Shown here: positions 22,715 to 35,989 of the stretch, piece after piece
How positions within the stretch are numbered: the stretch's first letter is position 1
Layout of the letters: each line of letters begins with the position of its first letter
Assembly (NCBI RefSeq): GCF_018977255.1
Contig: NW_024704742.1
Coordinates: forward strand, 50,346,001 to 50,410,000
Direction: 5' to 3'
Length of the DNA: 64,000 nucleotides
From: Callorhinchus milii
Lineage: Eukaryota
Program-made: the position numbers and the translations under genes
The notes under the pieces: model-generated
The model's database searches: none
What the model was told of the DNA's origin: nothing
The model's input: the letters and a program-made list of their open reading frames with translations, nothing else

Positions 22715-23152
22715 CCCAGGTTCCAGAGGCTGTGCAATGAGAGCAATGAGGATGATTGCCAGTGTTATAGAAATGAACTATGAGCAATCATTAAGTAAGC
22801 TACAGTCCTTCAGTCTTGAGAGAAGATGACCCGAGGGGGTTCATAGACGGATAGAAAAGTAAACGCAGAACAATACTTTAGGATGACCAAGCCAATAGAA
22901 CAAGAGGACGTAGGTTTACAGTTATAAAGGGCAAGTTCAGGACAGATACCAGGAAGTTTATCTTTGCTCAGAGGGTTTAACAACTGGCACAGGTTGACAG
23001 CAAGTGTAGCTGAGGCCAGTACACTGGACACATTTTAAAAAGCAGCTTGATGCTGTTATTGGCGGGGTGGGGATGGGGGGAGGGGTGCGTCTCTGGAGGG
23101 ATGAGATCGGATGGGCCGAAGTGCCTTCTTCATCAAGACCAATCTTGTGATC
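22715..23152 (+). mobile_element. CR1-clade LINE 3' end
   Basis: Decayed ORF2 C-terminus (FSLERR, TRG.RF, F.QR, FKKQLD) followed by the tail gatgggccgaagtgccttct. Confidence 0.75.
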
Positions 23153-24310
23153 TTTTCCCAGCTTCTCTGCCCATTTCAAAATTTTGTTTTTTGTCTCACT
23201 TCCCATGGACTCTTTAATGCTGTTAATGTGTGCAGATCATCTTAAATAGGTGGAACTTCAACAGATAGTGACTGTGTCCTCCACCATTTTCCTGTGAATT
23301 TTAAGAAACCATAGAATGCTTTCCTCTTTGGTAAATTCATCCTCTATTGCAAGTCTCTCTCACCTGAGCATGGGGACAAATGTCCATTGCTGTCATTGAC
23401 ATGCAACAAACAGTAGCTAACAGGCAAGAGGGGAGTCACTTCACAAGAAAAAGATCAGCGCTATCTTCCCATGATTTCTATGTGTTCCAGCAAGAATAGG
23501 TGGAATTGAGAATTCCACAAGTTTATTACAAACTTGCCATTTTCCAGTCCAGAACACTTGCATGTCATCGACTGTGTCACTAAACTATCCAGAATATCTA
23601 TGCCTGATCAGAAAGAAAAGATGTATTAGACTAAAAATAATAGTTAAATAACGGAGTTGATTTGCGGTTTAGGTAATGACCCATGTCTGACTCAAATGTA
23701 GTTGTAGGTTGGCTAGGTATTTGCAAGTGCATGCAACCTAAAGAATCACTTTAATCTATTTCATTGACAAAATTAGACTCCAGTATCTAAAATGTTAACC
23801 TTAATACAATAAACTCTAGAAATATTTGAAATTCTATACAAGTTTTATTGCAGCACAGGCACTAATCTTTTTAAATGCTCTTTAACTGCCCTGTTAAATG
23901 AACATTGGGGAATAAAGACAACAAACATGAATGATTCAATCCCAAACCATAATGTTTGACCGTTTGTGAGCAGACATCATGCTGTGGCTTCATCAACATT
24001 ACAACTGCTCTAAATATGGAAACCCAGTGCTTATGTGGCATTAATGTAAGCCTGTTCCATGCAGTGCGGAGTAATGGAATATTCTGCCCTTTGTCCTTCA
24101 GTCTTGCGTCAGAAAATTCAAGAGGGAATTAGATAGCTAGTTGGGAAGAATTCATTTGAGGGGTATGAGAGATAGATTAGTCTTGGATTATTTATTATTT
24201 TTGTATCACATTGATCTTTTCTGGTTCTGTAGATCCCTATATCCCTATATTCCTATCAAGGATTTCAAGTCCAAGATCAGGAGCATCATGAGTGAGAACT
24301 CCTTCACTCT

Positions 24311-24990
24311 CAACAACAAGATTTCATTTATAGAGCACCTTTCATGTCGGGAGGATGTCCCAAGGCTCTGGACAGAGCAAGGCTCTGGATGTCCCAAGGC
24401 TCTGGACAGAGCAAGGGGGAAATGGTCAGGGTGAGGGGAGGGAAGGGAGGGAGCGAGGAGGGGGTAGAGAGTCGAGAGGGGAGCTGAAGGCAGGGTCAAA
24501 GAGAAAGGTCTTGAGACCGGCCTTGAAGGAGGAAAGGGAGGAGGCGGCGAAGGCACGGGGGGAGAGTTCCAGAGCCTCGGGGCTGTGAGGCTGAAGGCCC
24601 GGCCACCGATGGTAGGGCGGTTGGGGCGGGGGATGTGGAGCAGACCGGAGCCAGAGGAACGGAGGGTATGGGCAGGTAGGTAGGGGGATAGTAGGTCAGA
24701 GAGGTAAGAGGGAGCGAGGCCGTGAATGGTCTTGTAGGTGAGGATGAGGATGTTGAATTCGATCCTCTGGGGGATGGGGAGCCAGTGGAGGCAAACGAGG
24801 GTGGGAGAGATGTGGTCGCGAAGCCTGGTGCGGGACAGTACACGAGCTGCAGAGTTCTGAATGACCTGCAGCTTGTGGAGGGAGGTGCCGGGAAGGCCGG
24901 CGAGGAGAGAGTTCCCATAGTCCAGCCTTGAGGTGATAAAGGCGTGGACCAGTGTTTCAGCAGCGTGAGGGGTGAGGTAGAGCCTTAGCA
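24311..24990 (-). mobile_element. Young 5'-truncated L2 LINE
   Basis: Open frame AETLVHAFITSRLDYGNSLL...LHWLPIPQRIEFNIL...IGGRAFS..APRLWNS; (caa)n tail; highly similar to 51632-52198. Confidence 0.95.
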
Positions 24991-24994
24991 TTTA

Positions 24995-25400
24995 ATAGTA
25001 ATCCTTGCATTTGCTATTGCCTACAAATTTAAAATATCTGAAAATACTTACTGTAAAGTGTGGTAACTGCCAATTTGCAGGCAGTAAATTTTCAGACAGC
25101 TATATTCCACAAAGTGTCAAAAAGTGATCAACTCATTTTAATAATATTATATTAACCAATTTGTCTGGAGGATTGTTAGCTGAAAACTGGGGAAAACTTC
25201 CATCTCTAAGAGGGATTTTTAATGTCTCATCTAAAAGACCAGCACCTTGGGCTGTCCTGCCGACGTGAAAGGCGCTATACAAGCATAATTTGTTGTTCTT
25301 GTTGTTGATGGCACTTCCAACAACGCAGTGCTCCTTGAGTTTATCGTGTTGATCCTGAGGCGAGAGTGCAACCACTTGAGTCAATCCGACACTTGAAATT
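24995..25400 (-). mobile_element. Deu-domain SINE interrupted by a short + strand L2 tail (~25240-25308)
   Basis: aatccttgcatttg..., then gcaccttgggctgtcctgccgacgtgaaaggcgc...gttgttg, then gatggcacttcc...gagagtgcaaccac. Confidence 0.6.
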
Positions 25401-26159
25401 GTTACCAAGAATTGCCAAGTTATAGCAGATTTGGGCACGATGGTGATGCAGCACACTGGAACCCCGAAGTGCAGTAAAACGGAGAAAGAAAATAATAACA
25501 ATAAACCTAAAACAATTTTGTGGTACAGCCTGATTGAAGTTGAACTGAGGAAAATACATAAATTCATATCATACTGTATTGGGGAATTGGTGATGTATGG
25601 AATAATATTTTAGACTGCAATTTAGGCTTTTTCATGCATGAATAAAATGTCTTGTGTAAATAAAGTCTAAAGACTCAGCTATCTTTTCCTGAAGAAAATC
25701 TTCAAAATCAAATGAGGTTAGAGGTGCTTGATGGCCACCAGGTTTCGATTAATGGCATTTGTATTTTATTCCTGTAAATAAATTATGTAAGACATGCATA
25801 GAAGTATTCATTTTGTTCTGCACTGCCTTGTTATATGCCGCTGGAAAAATTACATTGTACCACATTGCACCACACAATGTAAACTACATTTCATCATGGA
25901 ACCTCCTCCACATGTAATGCCTTAGCTCTGACTCCTGATCTCCTCAGTCAGTATGATCCTGCTGGTAACTCTGTTTGTACTGTGACACGTTGGGTCTGGC
26001 AATGAGGTGCAGTAAAGCTACCAGTTTTCCAAGGAGTGATTTTATGTCCTGAATAATTGTTTTTTCCAGTGGTAATAATCACAGCACAATCACAGCACAA
26101 CTAATCGTGACAGATTCACTGACAGAGAATCCTGTTTGTAACCAACAGAATGTTGAAAG

Positions 26160-26592
26160 TCGGCCAAGCACAGTTGGTAGCATTCTCGCCTCTGAGTAAG
26201 AAGATTGTGGGTTCAAGCCTCATGACAGGACTTTGAACCCATATAGTTGAGATTAACACTCCAAATCAGTGCTGGAGGTATGCTGCATTGCCGAAGGTGC
26301 CTTTGGATAAGACATTAAACCGCAGTCCTGTCTGGCTGTCCAGGTGGATGTTAAAGATCCCATGTCACAACACACAAAAAAAAGGGAGTATCTCCCAGTG
26401 ACCTGGCAAACAATTCCCCAAATAAAATTGGTCACTCACTTCATGGCTATTTGTGGGACAATGCTATGTGCAATTTGTCTGCTTTGTTCCTCTGCAAAAT
26501 AAATAGTCACTACATTTTATACTAAACTTCTGTGAAGTACCTTGAGACATTCTCTTAACATGAAAGATGATATCAAATGTAAAGTTATTAAC
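26160..26592 (+). mobile_element. Near full-length Deu-domain SINE
   Basis: tRNA-like head (cagttggtagcattctcgcctctgagt..gggttcaagc), Deu core (caggtggatgttaaagatcccatg) and L2-type tail. Confidence 0.8.
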
Positions 26593-26879
26593 TTTTATTA
26601 TTTATGTCATGTCTAACTCATGGAATTCCTCGGGTGAATTACCAAATGTAGGTTGCTGGGACATTACCGATGCATTCCCTGTTATTGGATCTGAGTCCCT
26701 GCGAGTGAAGCCCATCGAAAATTAGCTCTTTTTTAAGACCCAATTCCTCCCATAAAATCATTCCCACATTGTAGAGCCAGAAAAATCTAACAGATTCCTC
26801 TGAACAACTAAAGCTGTAACATTGTATGCTGAAATTGTGCAGAAAATAACATAATGAATCTGCATTTTAAACATTCAGT

Positions 26880-27319
26880 TTCCAAACGGTCAATACATGT
26901 GAACTTCCCAGCCAGCAGCATTGAACCTCGGGAAACGTAGTCTTGATCCATCGCCGCATGCAAAGAACTTAATTTCCTGCAATTCAATGTGATTTTAATG
27001 CTTGCTGGTAAGTGTGCATCCGGTGATAGGTCAAGACGGATTAAAATGTAGGAAACATACTTTTGACCCATCACCCCAAGCATACTTACCAGCTGTAGTG
27101 ACAAAGTGCCACAAGCACACTTACCAGCTGTAGTGACAAAAGTGCCACATGCGGACTTACCGGCTGCATTAAATTACACATGCACAGTGTATATTATTGA
27201 TTCAATTGGATTTTATACAACTTACCTATTTTATATGGTTTGCTTGCAACTCGTACCTCGAGTAAGTCATATTAAATGTTATGGTCCCGACTGATACGAC
27301 TTATGTGAGTTTTACTGTA
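26880..27319 (-). mobile_element. Tigger/pogo-like DNA transposon end fragment
   Basis: Ends gagttttactg|ta (TIR cagtaaaactc, TA target); reverse-complement homologue of 45919-46320. Confidence 0.65.
27079..27170 (+). repeat. ~36-37 bp tandem repeat (about 2.5 copies)
   Basis: acttaccagctgtagtgacaaagtgccaca repeated. Confidence 0.9.
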
Positions 27320-27880
27320 TATCCTGTACAACGCTTTGAGATGTCTTGATGACATGATAAGGCACTGAATCAAATGCAAGGATAACTAATCTGCAGGTGA
27401 ACAAATGTTGCACTTTTGTATCATGTTGACCTTTCCTCATAGTTCCTCCCCTTTCTTCTCAGGTATGGATGTCAGTCGCTTGCTAAATCTGTAACATTTC
27501 CATGTGATTTTCATTAATTATTACAATTTGACTTTCACACCACAGTCACAAGTGCACTGAAAATAGCACACTTGTGATTTATTGGACTAAATGTCACATT
27601 GGAAACACAAATTACATTTGCACTGTGCCTTTTCTAATTCTTTTGAACATTTCAAAAATGACCACAGCTTTTGAATTTCTATATATTTATACACAATGGG
27701 ATGAAATCTGTGATTCATAATGTGTTTAGAGAGAAGTGATGATTACAGTGATAAACGCGAGCAAGACAATCAATAACTAAAATCTGTGTGACCCTTCCCC
27801 CTACTGCAAATCTGTGACAATAGTTAGGAATTATTTTTTAGTTGATAGCTTATTTGGAATAAATGAAATTAAAATGGAAT

Positions 27881-28152
27881 GGAGTTCTGTAAGGTATTGG
27901 TTAGAGCACTCATCTTGCAAGTGAGAGGACCCAGTTTCGATTCCCAGATGGGACAATTAACGGATCACTTTCCTCCCCAAAAAAACAAATAATAATTTAA
28001 TCATTCAATCCACGACTGTTTGTGGGACATTGCTGCGTGTAATTGGCTGCTGCATTACACCCATAAAATATAGTCAATTTTCTTTACAGTGCTTTGAGAC
28101 ATCACAATGACGTGATAATGTGCTATATCAAATGCAAGGACTATTATTATCA
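27881..28152 (+). mobile_element. Composite tRNA-SINE (internally deleted copy)
   Basis: ggagttctgta..ggttagagcactcatcttgcaagtgag..ttcgattccc head, plus the Deu/L2 tail. Confidence 0.75.
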
Positions 28153-28494
28153 TATAATCTATAGAGCAAAATGAAGTTGCATTTTTGTTTCAAAAGAACT
28201 GTGTCACTTCATAACCAGTAATATCTTGTTACATTTCTGAATTGAATGAATGGTTTAGTCAAACAGACTTTGCTGTGTGTTGTATTATATTCTACAAGAA
28301 TAGGTAAATGTTAATAGTCAATTGTTCTCTCGTGTGCTATATAATGTTCTTTGAGTGTGTCTGAATATTTGCAGTGGGAGTTGAAGAATAAAATTTCTTA
28401 GGAAACATGTAATCAGCTGTAACCGTACTTTGCGTTATTCCGTATGCTATTTTATTCCATGACTGTTTGTGGGACACTGCTGTGAGTCAGTGGC

Positions 28495-28670
28495 CAGAGG
28501 ACATAGTTATAAGGTAGTCGAAAGGAGAGTTTAGGAGAATTTAGACAGGATAAATGAAGAAGAGAGACTTGAAAAGGTATGGGGATAAGGCAGAGCAGTG
28601 GATTGAATGAACACATAGCTCTGAGAGCCAGTGCAAACTCAATGGGTCAAATTGCCTACTTCCATGATTC
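28495..28670 (+). mobile_element. CR1/HER-type LINE 3' end
   Basis: ggtatggggataaggcag...gagagccagtgcaaactcaatgggtcaaattgcctacttc. Confidence 0.6.
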
Positions 28671-29085
28671 TGAGAGTAGCAGCTGAATTTTTCACTATGT
28701 AGGTACTGTGGATTGTCCTGCAGATCATATAGTAAAGCCCTTCTCTTTGTAAAGCACGGAACAGCAGACTGAGGCAACTGCACTGGTCAGTAAACTGGAC
28801 AGAAAAAATAGGCCATGGTTACTTGTTTCCATTTTGTTTTGTGCAGAAGGTAACCAAACCTGGCAGTCAACCTTTATAATGGAGGCAATGCAGGAAGTTT
28901 ATACACTGAAATTGTCCCAATAATAACTTACATTCATATATATATACAGTATTTTCTTTTTTGATTGAGTTAGGAGTTGCTGATACACAGCACATCAAAT
29001 GTATGCCTGTCATCAAGTAAGCCAATGTTTCAAAATATGGATGACATTAATTTTGTGGAATTGGTTCCTAGATTTAGGAGTCCTA

Positions 29086-29391
29086 GAAGTCCTGTAGCTC
29101 AGTGGTTAGAGCACTTGCCTTGCAAGTGAGACACCTGGGTTCAATTCCAGGCAGGGCAAGTTTCCTTACTCCACACACCTAATAATAATCCCTCCCCCAA
29201 AAAACAATAATAAATTGGTAATTTTCAATCCATGACTGTTTGTGGGACACTGCAATGCATAATTGGCTGCCGCGTTTCGCCCACAAATATACGGTCAATT
29301 CACTTTACAGTATATTCTGTAAAGCGCTTTGAGACATCTAGAAGACGTGAAAAGCGCTATATCGAATGCAAGGATTATTATTATTATTATT
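29086..29391 (+). mobile_element. Composite tRNA-SINE, short subfamily, full length
   Basis: A box tagctcagtgg, B box ggttcaattcc, gggcaagtttccttactcc, Deu 3' part, (tta)n tail. Confidence 0.9.
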
Positions 29392-29619
29392 GTTTAACAT
29401 TGAAATGCCATATATCATTAAACAGCGTCATTCTCAGGTACTAAAGTGTGGAAAACAAGTTGATCCTAGCTTTGAACTTCAATTAAGAACTCAGTGATGC
29501 TGGGATAGAACAACTATGCTATAATGCTTAGTAATGGTTTTATATCGTCAAATTCAAAACCTATTGAAGGATAAGACATGACTAAAACTAGTAAGAAAGA
29601 AAACAATCAACCAAGAACT

Positions 29620-30370
29620 AGTGAATGAGGGTGGATGAGGATTTTGGCATCATTTGGTATGAGATAGGGTCAGACATGGGCAATGTGATGGAGGTGAATG
29701 AATGCAGTCTTAGTCAGGCACCTGATATGAGGTAGGAAGCATGTCCGAGGATTGAATGACTTGCCAAAGTTGAGCACTGGTTCAGTGAATTTGAAAGAGA
29801 GGCCAGGAAATCAGAGCAGGAGGTGAGAAGATGCTTCCATCTTGTCCATGGTAAGTTGGTGCTCATCCAGGCATTGATGTTTGACAAGTAGGCAGACAGA
29901 ACATCAGTGGATCTGGTATCACAACTTGATGTAAAACAGCAGATTTTGGTTTCATCTATATACGTGTGGAAGTTAACCCCATGTCTACAAATTATGTTAC
30001 CAAGAGGAACAATGGAGACCATGAAAAGGAGAGATTGGGGATGGATCCCTGAGGTACACCGCAGGTATACGTGTGATGGAGAGTATCTATTGGAAATGGT
30101 AGCTCAAGTAGGGTTGGAACCAGGAGAGGTGGGGTCCCTCAGAGGTAGTTGAGAAAATAGAGGTTGATTGAGGATGATGGAATAGACCATAGGTCAAAGG
30201 CAGCAGAGATCAAGGAGGACAGGGAGGCAGAGGAAGCTCTCATCACAAAGATAGAGCACATCACTGGTGATGTTGACAAGGTTTGTCTTAGTTCTATAGA
30301 CAGGGCAGAAACTGGACTGAAGGGGCTTGAGCGCAGGGAATGGAGAGAAAGGTGACAACAACACATTTTC
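29620..30370 (-). mobile_element. Old L2 reverse-transcriptase fragment (pseudogenised)
   Basis: Decayed RT motifs QSSFCP.., VLLDL/SAAFD, CGVPQGS, PLGNIICRHGVNFHTYIDET. Confidence 0.8.
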
Positions 30371-30809
30371 ACAGTGTTTTCATCTCACTGGGCTGATGCA
30401 CAATCACTATTAAAGCCAAGCTTCTGAATGTAGCTGTCAATTCAGACTACTGTGTCCAACTTTCAGTAGCTCAATATTGAATTCAATGAGTCTAAGTGGA
30501 ACACTTGGAGGAGTATAAATATATTAACGCCAATAGCCTACAGCAATCTTTGTAAATGTCCAAGTGATGTTTATTGGCAGAACACCACCACTGCACCAAC
30601 TCTTCAATTTTCTTCGACATTATAATATTAACTGGTTGTCTAATGTGGACAGCTTTAGGTTACTCCTGTAGTGTTTAATTGGAAAATTGGATTTGACATT
30701 GCCCTTCAATGTCAAAAAAGCAAACGCATATATAAGGTAAATGATCAAATTAGGTCAACATGCAATAATGTTGGTGTCATATCGTACTATATATTGTGTG
30801 ATTTTCTTA

Positions 30810-30968
30810 CTAACAGTGAAAAAAATTGGTCACTCAATCCACTGCTGTGTGCTTTTGGCTGCCGTGTTTCGCCCACAAAATACACAGTCACTGCACTTTG
30901 CAATATATTCTGAGACACCTCAACAATATAATTAGGCACTATATCAAATGCAAGGATTATTATTATTA
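30810..30968 (+). mobile_element. Composite SINE 3' part
   Basis: aaattggtcactcaatccac..ttggctgccgtgtttcgcccacaaaatac..atcaaatgcaaggattatt. Confidence 0.8.
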
Positions 30969-31039
30969 AATAAATGATGGCAAGGGCTTCAGAAAATGGA
31001 AGGTTGTATTGGTAAGTTGAACCTTTGACCTGCAATGTA

Positions 31040-31495
31040 TAGCTGTAGAATGGTAAGATTTATGGAACAAGAGGAAGCCATTTAGCCCATCAAATATATA
31101 CTGACTTTAGTTCCTCAGTAGGTCTAAATACTCTAATCCCAGTCCCCCGCTCTTTCTCTATCTTCTTTCACATTATCTTTTCCAATACTTCTTGAGTTGG
31201 ATCAAAACTGTTAAATTTTGTTTTGATCCAAGCTTCAGTAGACATTTGTAACGAAGTATTCAGTGTTCAAATCACCCTCTCCATAAAACAATTTCTTTAA
31301 TTTCCAATTAACTCCTCCAGTGACAATTCTAAAACTTTTCTCCTTATTACTGACTTAATGACCAGTGGAAATAATCTTTTAATAACTGTTCTCTCAAAAT
31401 CTTTTCAATTTTGATCACCTCTGTTGCACTAAAAACTGCTTAGCTTTTCAAATCTATCTTCAGAAATATAATTGTTAATTTTTGGTATCATCCTT
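31040..31495 (-). mobile_element. Degraded CR1-type LINE 3' end
   Basis: gaggaagccatttagcccatc..., aatcaccctc..aaaacaatttc, ggtatcatcctt. Confidence 0.5.
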
Positions 31496-32790
31496 GCATT
31501 CTGAGTTCGCCTACAAAATACAGTCACTGCACTTTACTGTACCTAACCTTTGAAACTCCCTGCCTCAATCCTTCCACCACATCAACTCCTCATCTATTTT
31601 TAAATCCCATCTCCAATGGCACAAATGGTCCTCTCCTTAGCTTTGCATTCAACCATGCAATTGTACAGCGCTCTGAGATGCCATCATGTATGAAGGGTGC
31701 TATACTGTTGTCCTGTGAAGTGCTTTGAGATGTCCTCCTGATGTGAAAGGTGCTATGTCAAATGTAAGGATTATTAATACATGTAGGATGGTTATAACTG
31801 CTCTAACTGCTGCCTAACAACATATTTTATAAATCCAACATTATATCTTTGCTTTTGTACCGAAAGATCTTATATAAAAGTGCAGAATCCAATTTGTTGT
31901 TTATGGCCGTTTCTGCTTCTGTTTTTCTACTCTCTTTAAAGAACTAAATGTAGAATTGGGTTAACTTATTTAAGTATATCCAATTATATATAATATATAT
32001 ATATATGGAAATGAGTCTTTAATATTTTAGATGGTAGGGTCTTGTTTGCAGATCACAGTGTCTTCTTTCCTTGAAAACATTGGGAACATTAGTATATGTT
32101 TGACTATAATATGTCATTACGCTTTGCAGCAAATCTTGTGAAATGCTTTGAGATGTTTCAATGACGTGATAAGGCATTATTACAAAATGTAAATTTTTAT
32201 TTTGTTATTATATAAGAAAAGGCATCTTTCTGGGGTATGATGAACTTTATCCCTGTGTTGCTTTGTCAGTAGGATTTGTGTTCAAATGTGTGGCAAGATT
32301 AGTTTGTCTCTGAAAGCTTGACCTAGTTGGATATCAGCATTCATTAACAAAGTCAGCGTTTGAAAGTTCAAGGTTTTGAAATCACTGAGCACACGTGATT
32401 CAAAGCGTTGAACACAAGTGATTCAGCATCAATGAGCAGAAGATTCTCCAATATAAAAGTGAAAAAGAAGTGAGCTTTTTCATCTAATGTGCTTGGTCCA
32501 GTATCCATTAGATATTTATAATAATTGACAATGGCCAAGGGCCACTGTTCAAAATACCAACAAGATTGAAAAGATCTCCATGAAGAACAGTGTTTATTCA
32601 CATTTACATATAAAGGGAAAGGATATGACTAAAATTGAAAGAATAGAAGAGCAGATGAGTTGCATCAAGACGTGAAAGGTGATCATAGGTTGGCTTTTGA
32701 TAGCCTCTATATTGTAAGCAGAAGGATTGAATTTGGAGAGTATGGAGTTCCATAGTATTGATATTCCAGGAAAATGAATTTTGTTAGGAG

Positions 32791-33189
32791 ATAATAATAA
32801 TCCTTGCCTTTGATGTAGCACTTTATCATGACAAAACATCTTAAAAAGATTTCCTGTAAAGTGTAGTGGCTGCATATTTGTAGGTGAAAGTGGCAGCCAA
32901 CTTGCACACAGCAATGTCCCACAAATAGCCATGAAGTGAATGAATATTTTTTTCATCTGGAAAATTGTTATCCAGGAACCTCCCTTCTCTTTTGAAATAG
33001 CACTGTGGGATCGATAGCATCTACCTAATAGGCAGTCAGTACCATAAAACAGCACTTCCAACAATGCAGCACATCCCCAACACTTCATTGGAGGGTCAGC
33101 CAAGGCAATTAAATTAAATTCCCAATGCAGGGCTTCAAGCATAACCTTCTGATTCCAAAGCTGGAGTGCTACCTACTGAACCAAACTGA
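32791..33189 (-). mobile_element. Near full-length Deu-domain SINE
   Basis: Tail (aat)n ccttgc, gcagccaacttgcacacagcaatgtcccacaaa, and head aaccttctgattcc..gagtgctacctactg. Confidence 0.8.
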
Positions 33190-33319
33190 TCCTTAATATA
33201 CTGCGAACATAATGAATATACAAAGTAGAAGAAGAACATGAAACTTGGTGTATTTGGATTCTGCAGAAACAAGAAATGAAATTTCAGGAGAGCAATGACC
33301 GTAATATAAAATAAGAAAA

Positions 33320-33400
33320 TAAGAACCTTAAGAATTTGCTAAGCGAAAGAAGACCAAGGTCCATCCAGTTCACCTTCCACCATCTTGGCAGTCGCATGGC
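33320..33400 (-). mobile_element. CR1 3' tail fragment
   Basis: taagaatttgctaagcgaaagaagaccaaggtccatccagttcaccttcc. Confidence 0.5.
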
Positions 33401-35523
33401 ATGTCGTGTCCCAAACTCGATATTAAAATAGATCAAATAGACAAAGGAGTTGAGAAAGTACCCCACAGGAAAGTGATAGCATTATCACTTGCACTTAGCT
33501 GCTAGAACCCTGTTCCAAGATAACTTATAGCTGAACACTTACAAGATATTGTGACGTAAGTGGGTTTGCAGCAGTTCATGTTGTGCTGTTTTTCTGGTGA
33601 TAAGTTGTCGATAATGCTACCACTTTCCTGAGGAGCACTTTTTCAGCTTCACTGAGGTCAGCATTAAGAGGAGACATTACCAACCAGGTCGCTATTCTTT
33701 CCTTATGTTCTGTCTGCAGTAGCAAGAAAGATGCTAGAGAAGCCTCTTTCAATTTGAAAGTAATATTAAAATCTCAGATGGACTTGAACTCTGTAGAGTT
33801 GTTTACAGAAAAGGGAGTGTTTGCTAGAGCTAGTTGGATGCAAACATTTCAGTGAGCTTTCTATTGCCATTTCTAAGTGGGAAAGTAGCTTCACTTGGTT
33901 TATTCCCAGGACACTGCGCCAGTTTAGATTGGCATAGGTCAGCTTCCCCTGGATAAGCTTCATTCGTTAAACCCAAGGCTTTTCAGATGGGTTGAGCATT
34001 GCTATAATTCAGAAATCAGAGATTCTATCCAAACAAATTTAGGAACATAATTTAAATTTTAGAAAATGAACATTCGCTCATGGCTATGTGTGGGGTATTG
34101 CTGTGTGCAAATTGTTTGTCACGTTTGCCTACAAAACACAGTCACTATACTTTACCGTAAATCCCATGAAGAGTTTTGAAATGGCCTTCTGACCTGTATC
34201 AAATGCAAGGGCTACTATTGTTAAAATAAGGAACAGAATGTGTTTAGGAATTTCACAATTTTGCCCCTTAAATTACTTCTCAGAGTCAAAATAGTGATAT
34301 TATCACATTGACTGTGTTATGAAATTTTACTCTATGCAATGGTAGAAAACTATGTTTAATGGGACACTGAGAATAGCATTATCTCTGCAGTATCATTTGA
34401 TTTATGTATTTTCATTCCCCTGGACAGTTTTCATTGCACTGAATGTCATCTCACAATACTTCCTTTGAGGTCAATTTATCTCCCAAGCAGCTCCTTAGAA
34501 TACTATTGGTATAATAGACTAATAACATAACGTGCCATTTTTATAACCTCCACAAGAAATGTTCTTGGATGAAAAGTGTGTTTGCTAATATATCAATATT
34601 TATAAGTAACTGAATACAAGTAAACACTCCAAAGTTTCAAACAAAACTATTGAGTTAACCAAAGACACTGTTCCACAGGATGCAAGTGCATTAAAATGGG
34701 AAGATATTGCAGATATTCTGAGCTGTTTATGGGTTTTCAGTGTTTAGATTTGTTCAGATTTTGTTCGTGACTAGGCAAGTTAAAATATTTTTTTAAAGTG
34801 TTGCTGTAGTAGCTGAAGCTGCTTCATACATCGTGCTCCTTATTAGGAAGAATTCTTCATTTAGACTTCAAACTCCTGATTCTGAGGACAGGTTTGCAGT
34901 TCTGAACTGGTTTTGCAGGCAGAACAGAAAATTGGGGATGATATGATTCAAATTATTAACATGGTGAGCGGCTTAATTGATAAAGCTATAAGCAATGCAT
35001 TTGACTGAGATTGAGAGTTAAGAACTGAATCTAATATTAAAAGCTACAGTGGAATTAGAGATATTAAATATTTCCCCCACAGATTATAATAATATTAATA
35101 ATAATCCTTGCATTTGGAATAACACTTTTCATTTGGGAGGACGACTCAAACCGCTTGTGTATTTGTGTAGGTAAGTGCCTATAGTTAGATTATTGAATGT
35201 CTAGAATAGACTTCCAGCAATATCAACTGATGCTGCATTAATTATCTCCTTCACAAATAAACTGAGGAAATAACAGGTTGAGTATGTTACTGTAGGTTTT
35301 GGGGCTAGGTCAGACTGAAACAAGACACAATGGTTTGCTTACTACTTGGGACTGAGGTGGGATTTTTGCTGGTAGAAGAAGAGGGACAAGTTTGAGTGGT
35401 GAAGATGTGGGGATGAGAGTCTCACTTGGAGTTATTCGATTGTCTTTGGGGGACAAAACATTTTTTTATGCAGAGGTTTCCCCCAGGTGATACAGAAGAT
35501 GAAGTGAATTCTATGATAAGATA

Positions 35524-35846
35524 GAAAAAAAAACAAAATACTGCAGATGCTGGAAATCGGGAAACAAAAGTCGCTGGGAACACTCAGCAGGTCAGGCAGC
35601 ATCTATGGAGAAAGGAAAGTGGGTCAACATTTCGGGTCCAAACCCTTCGTCAGAGGGAGAGGCTTTTAAGGGATAACAGAGAGGGGGGAGCAGGGCAAGG
35701 GAGACAAAGGAGAAAATGGGGTAGAGGACAGGGGATGATGGGTTAAAGAGGTGTTAATGATGCAAAACAAGGTNGGGGGATTGCAACAAAGCAGGGGATT
35801 AGAGGTGTTAATACTGCAGAACAAAGGGGGGAAAATTCCAACAAAA
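35524..35846 (-). mobile_element. Penelope-like terminal fragment with hammerhead remnant
   Basis: aaaatactgcagatgctggaaatc...cactcagcaggtcaggcagcatc...tttcgggtccaaacccttcgtcag; homologous to ~12264-12570. Confidence 0.88.
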
Positions 35847-35989
35847 CTAGGATAGGTTTTGTGTGAACTGTGGGAGAAATGGGCTTGATGAGTTGAATGG
35901 GTTCTCTTGGTTTCTTTTTATATATTTAATTTTCTGTGAAGCCAGTATGATTCAGATCTTCACAACACTTGATCAACCTATGGTGTTTG

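Noticed and set aside
24245..24991. 248-aa ORF as a nested antisense gene
   Set aside because: C-terminus of L2 ORF2 in a 5'-truncated insertion.
27079..27170. ~36-bp repeats as a CRISPR-like array
   Set aside because: Contiguous tandem copies with no unique spacers, inside a transposon remnant in eukaryotic DNA.
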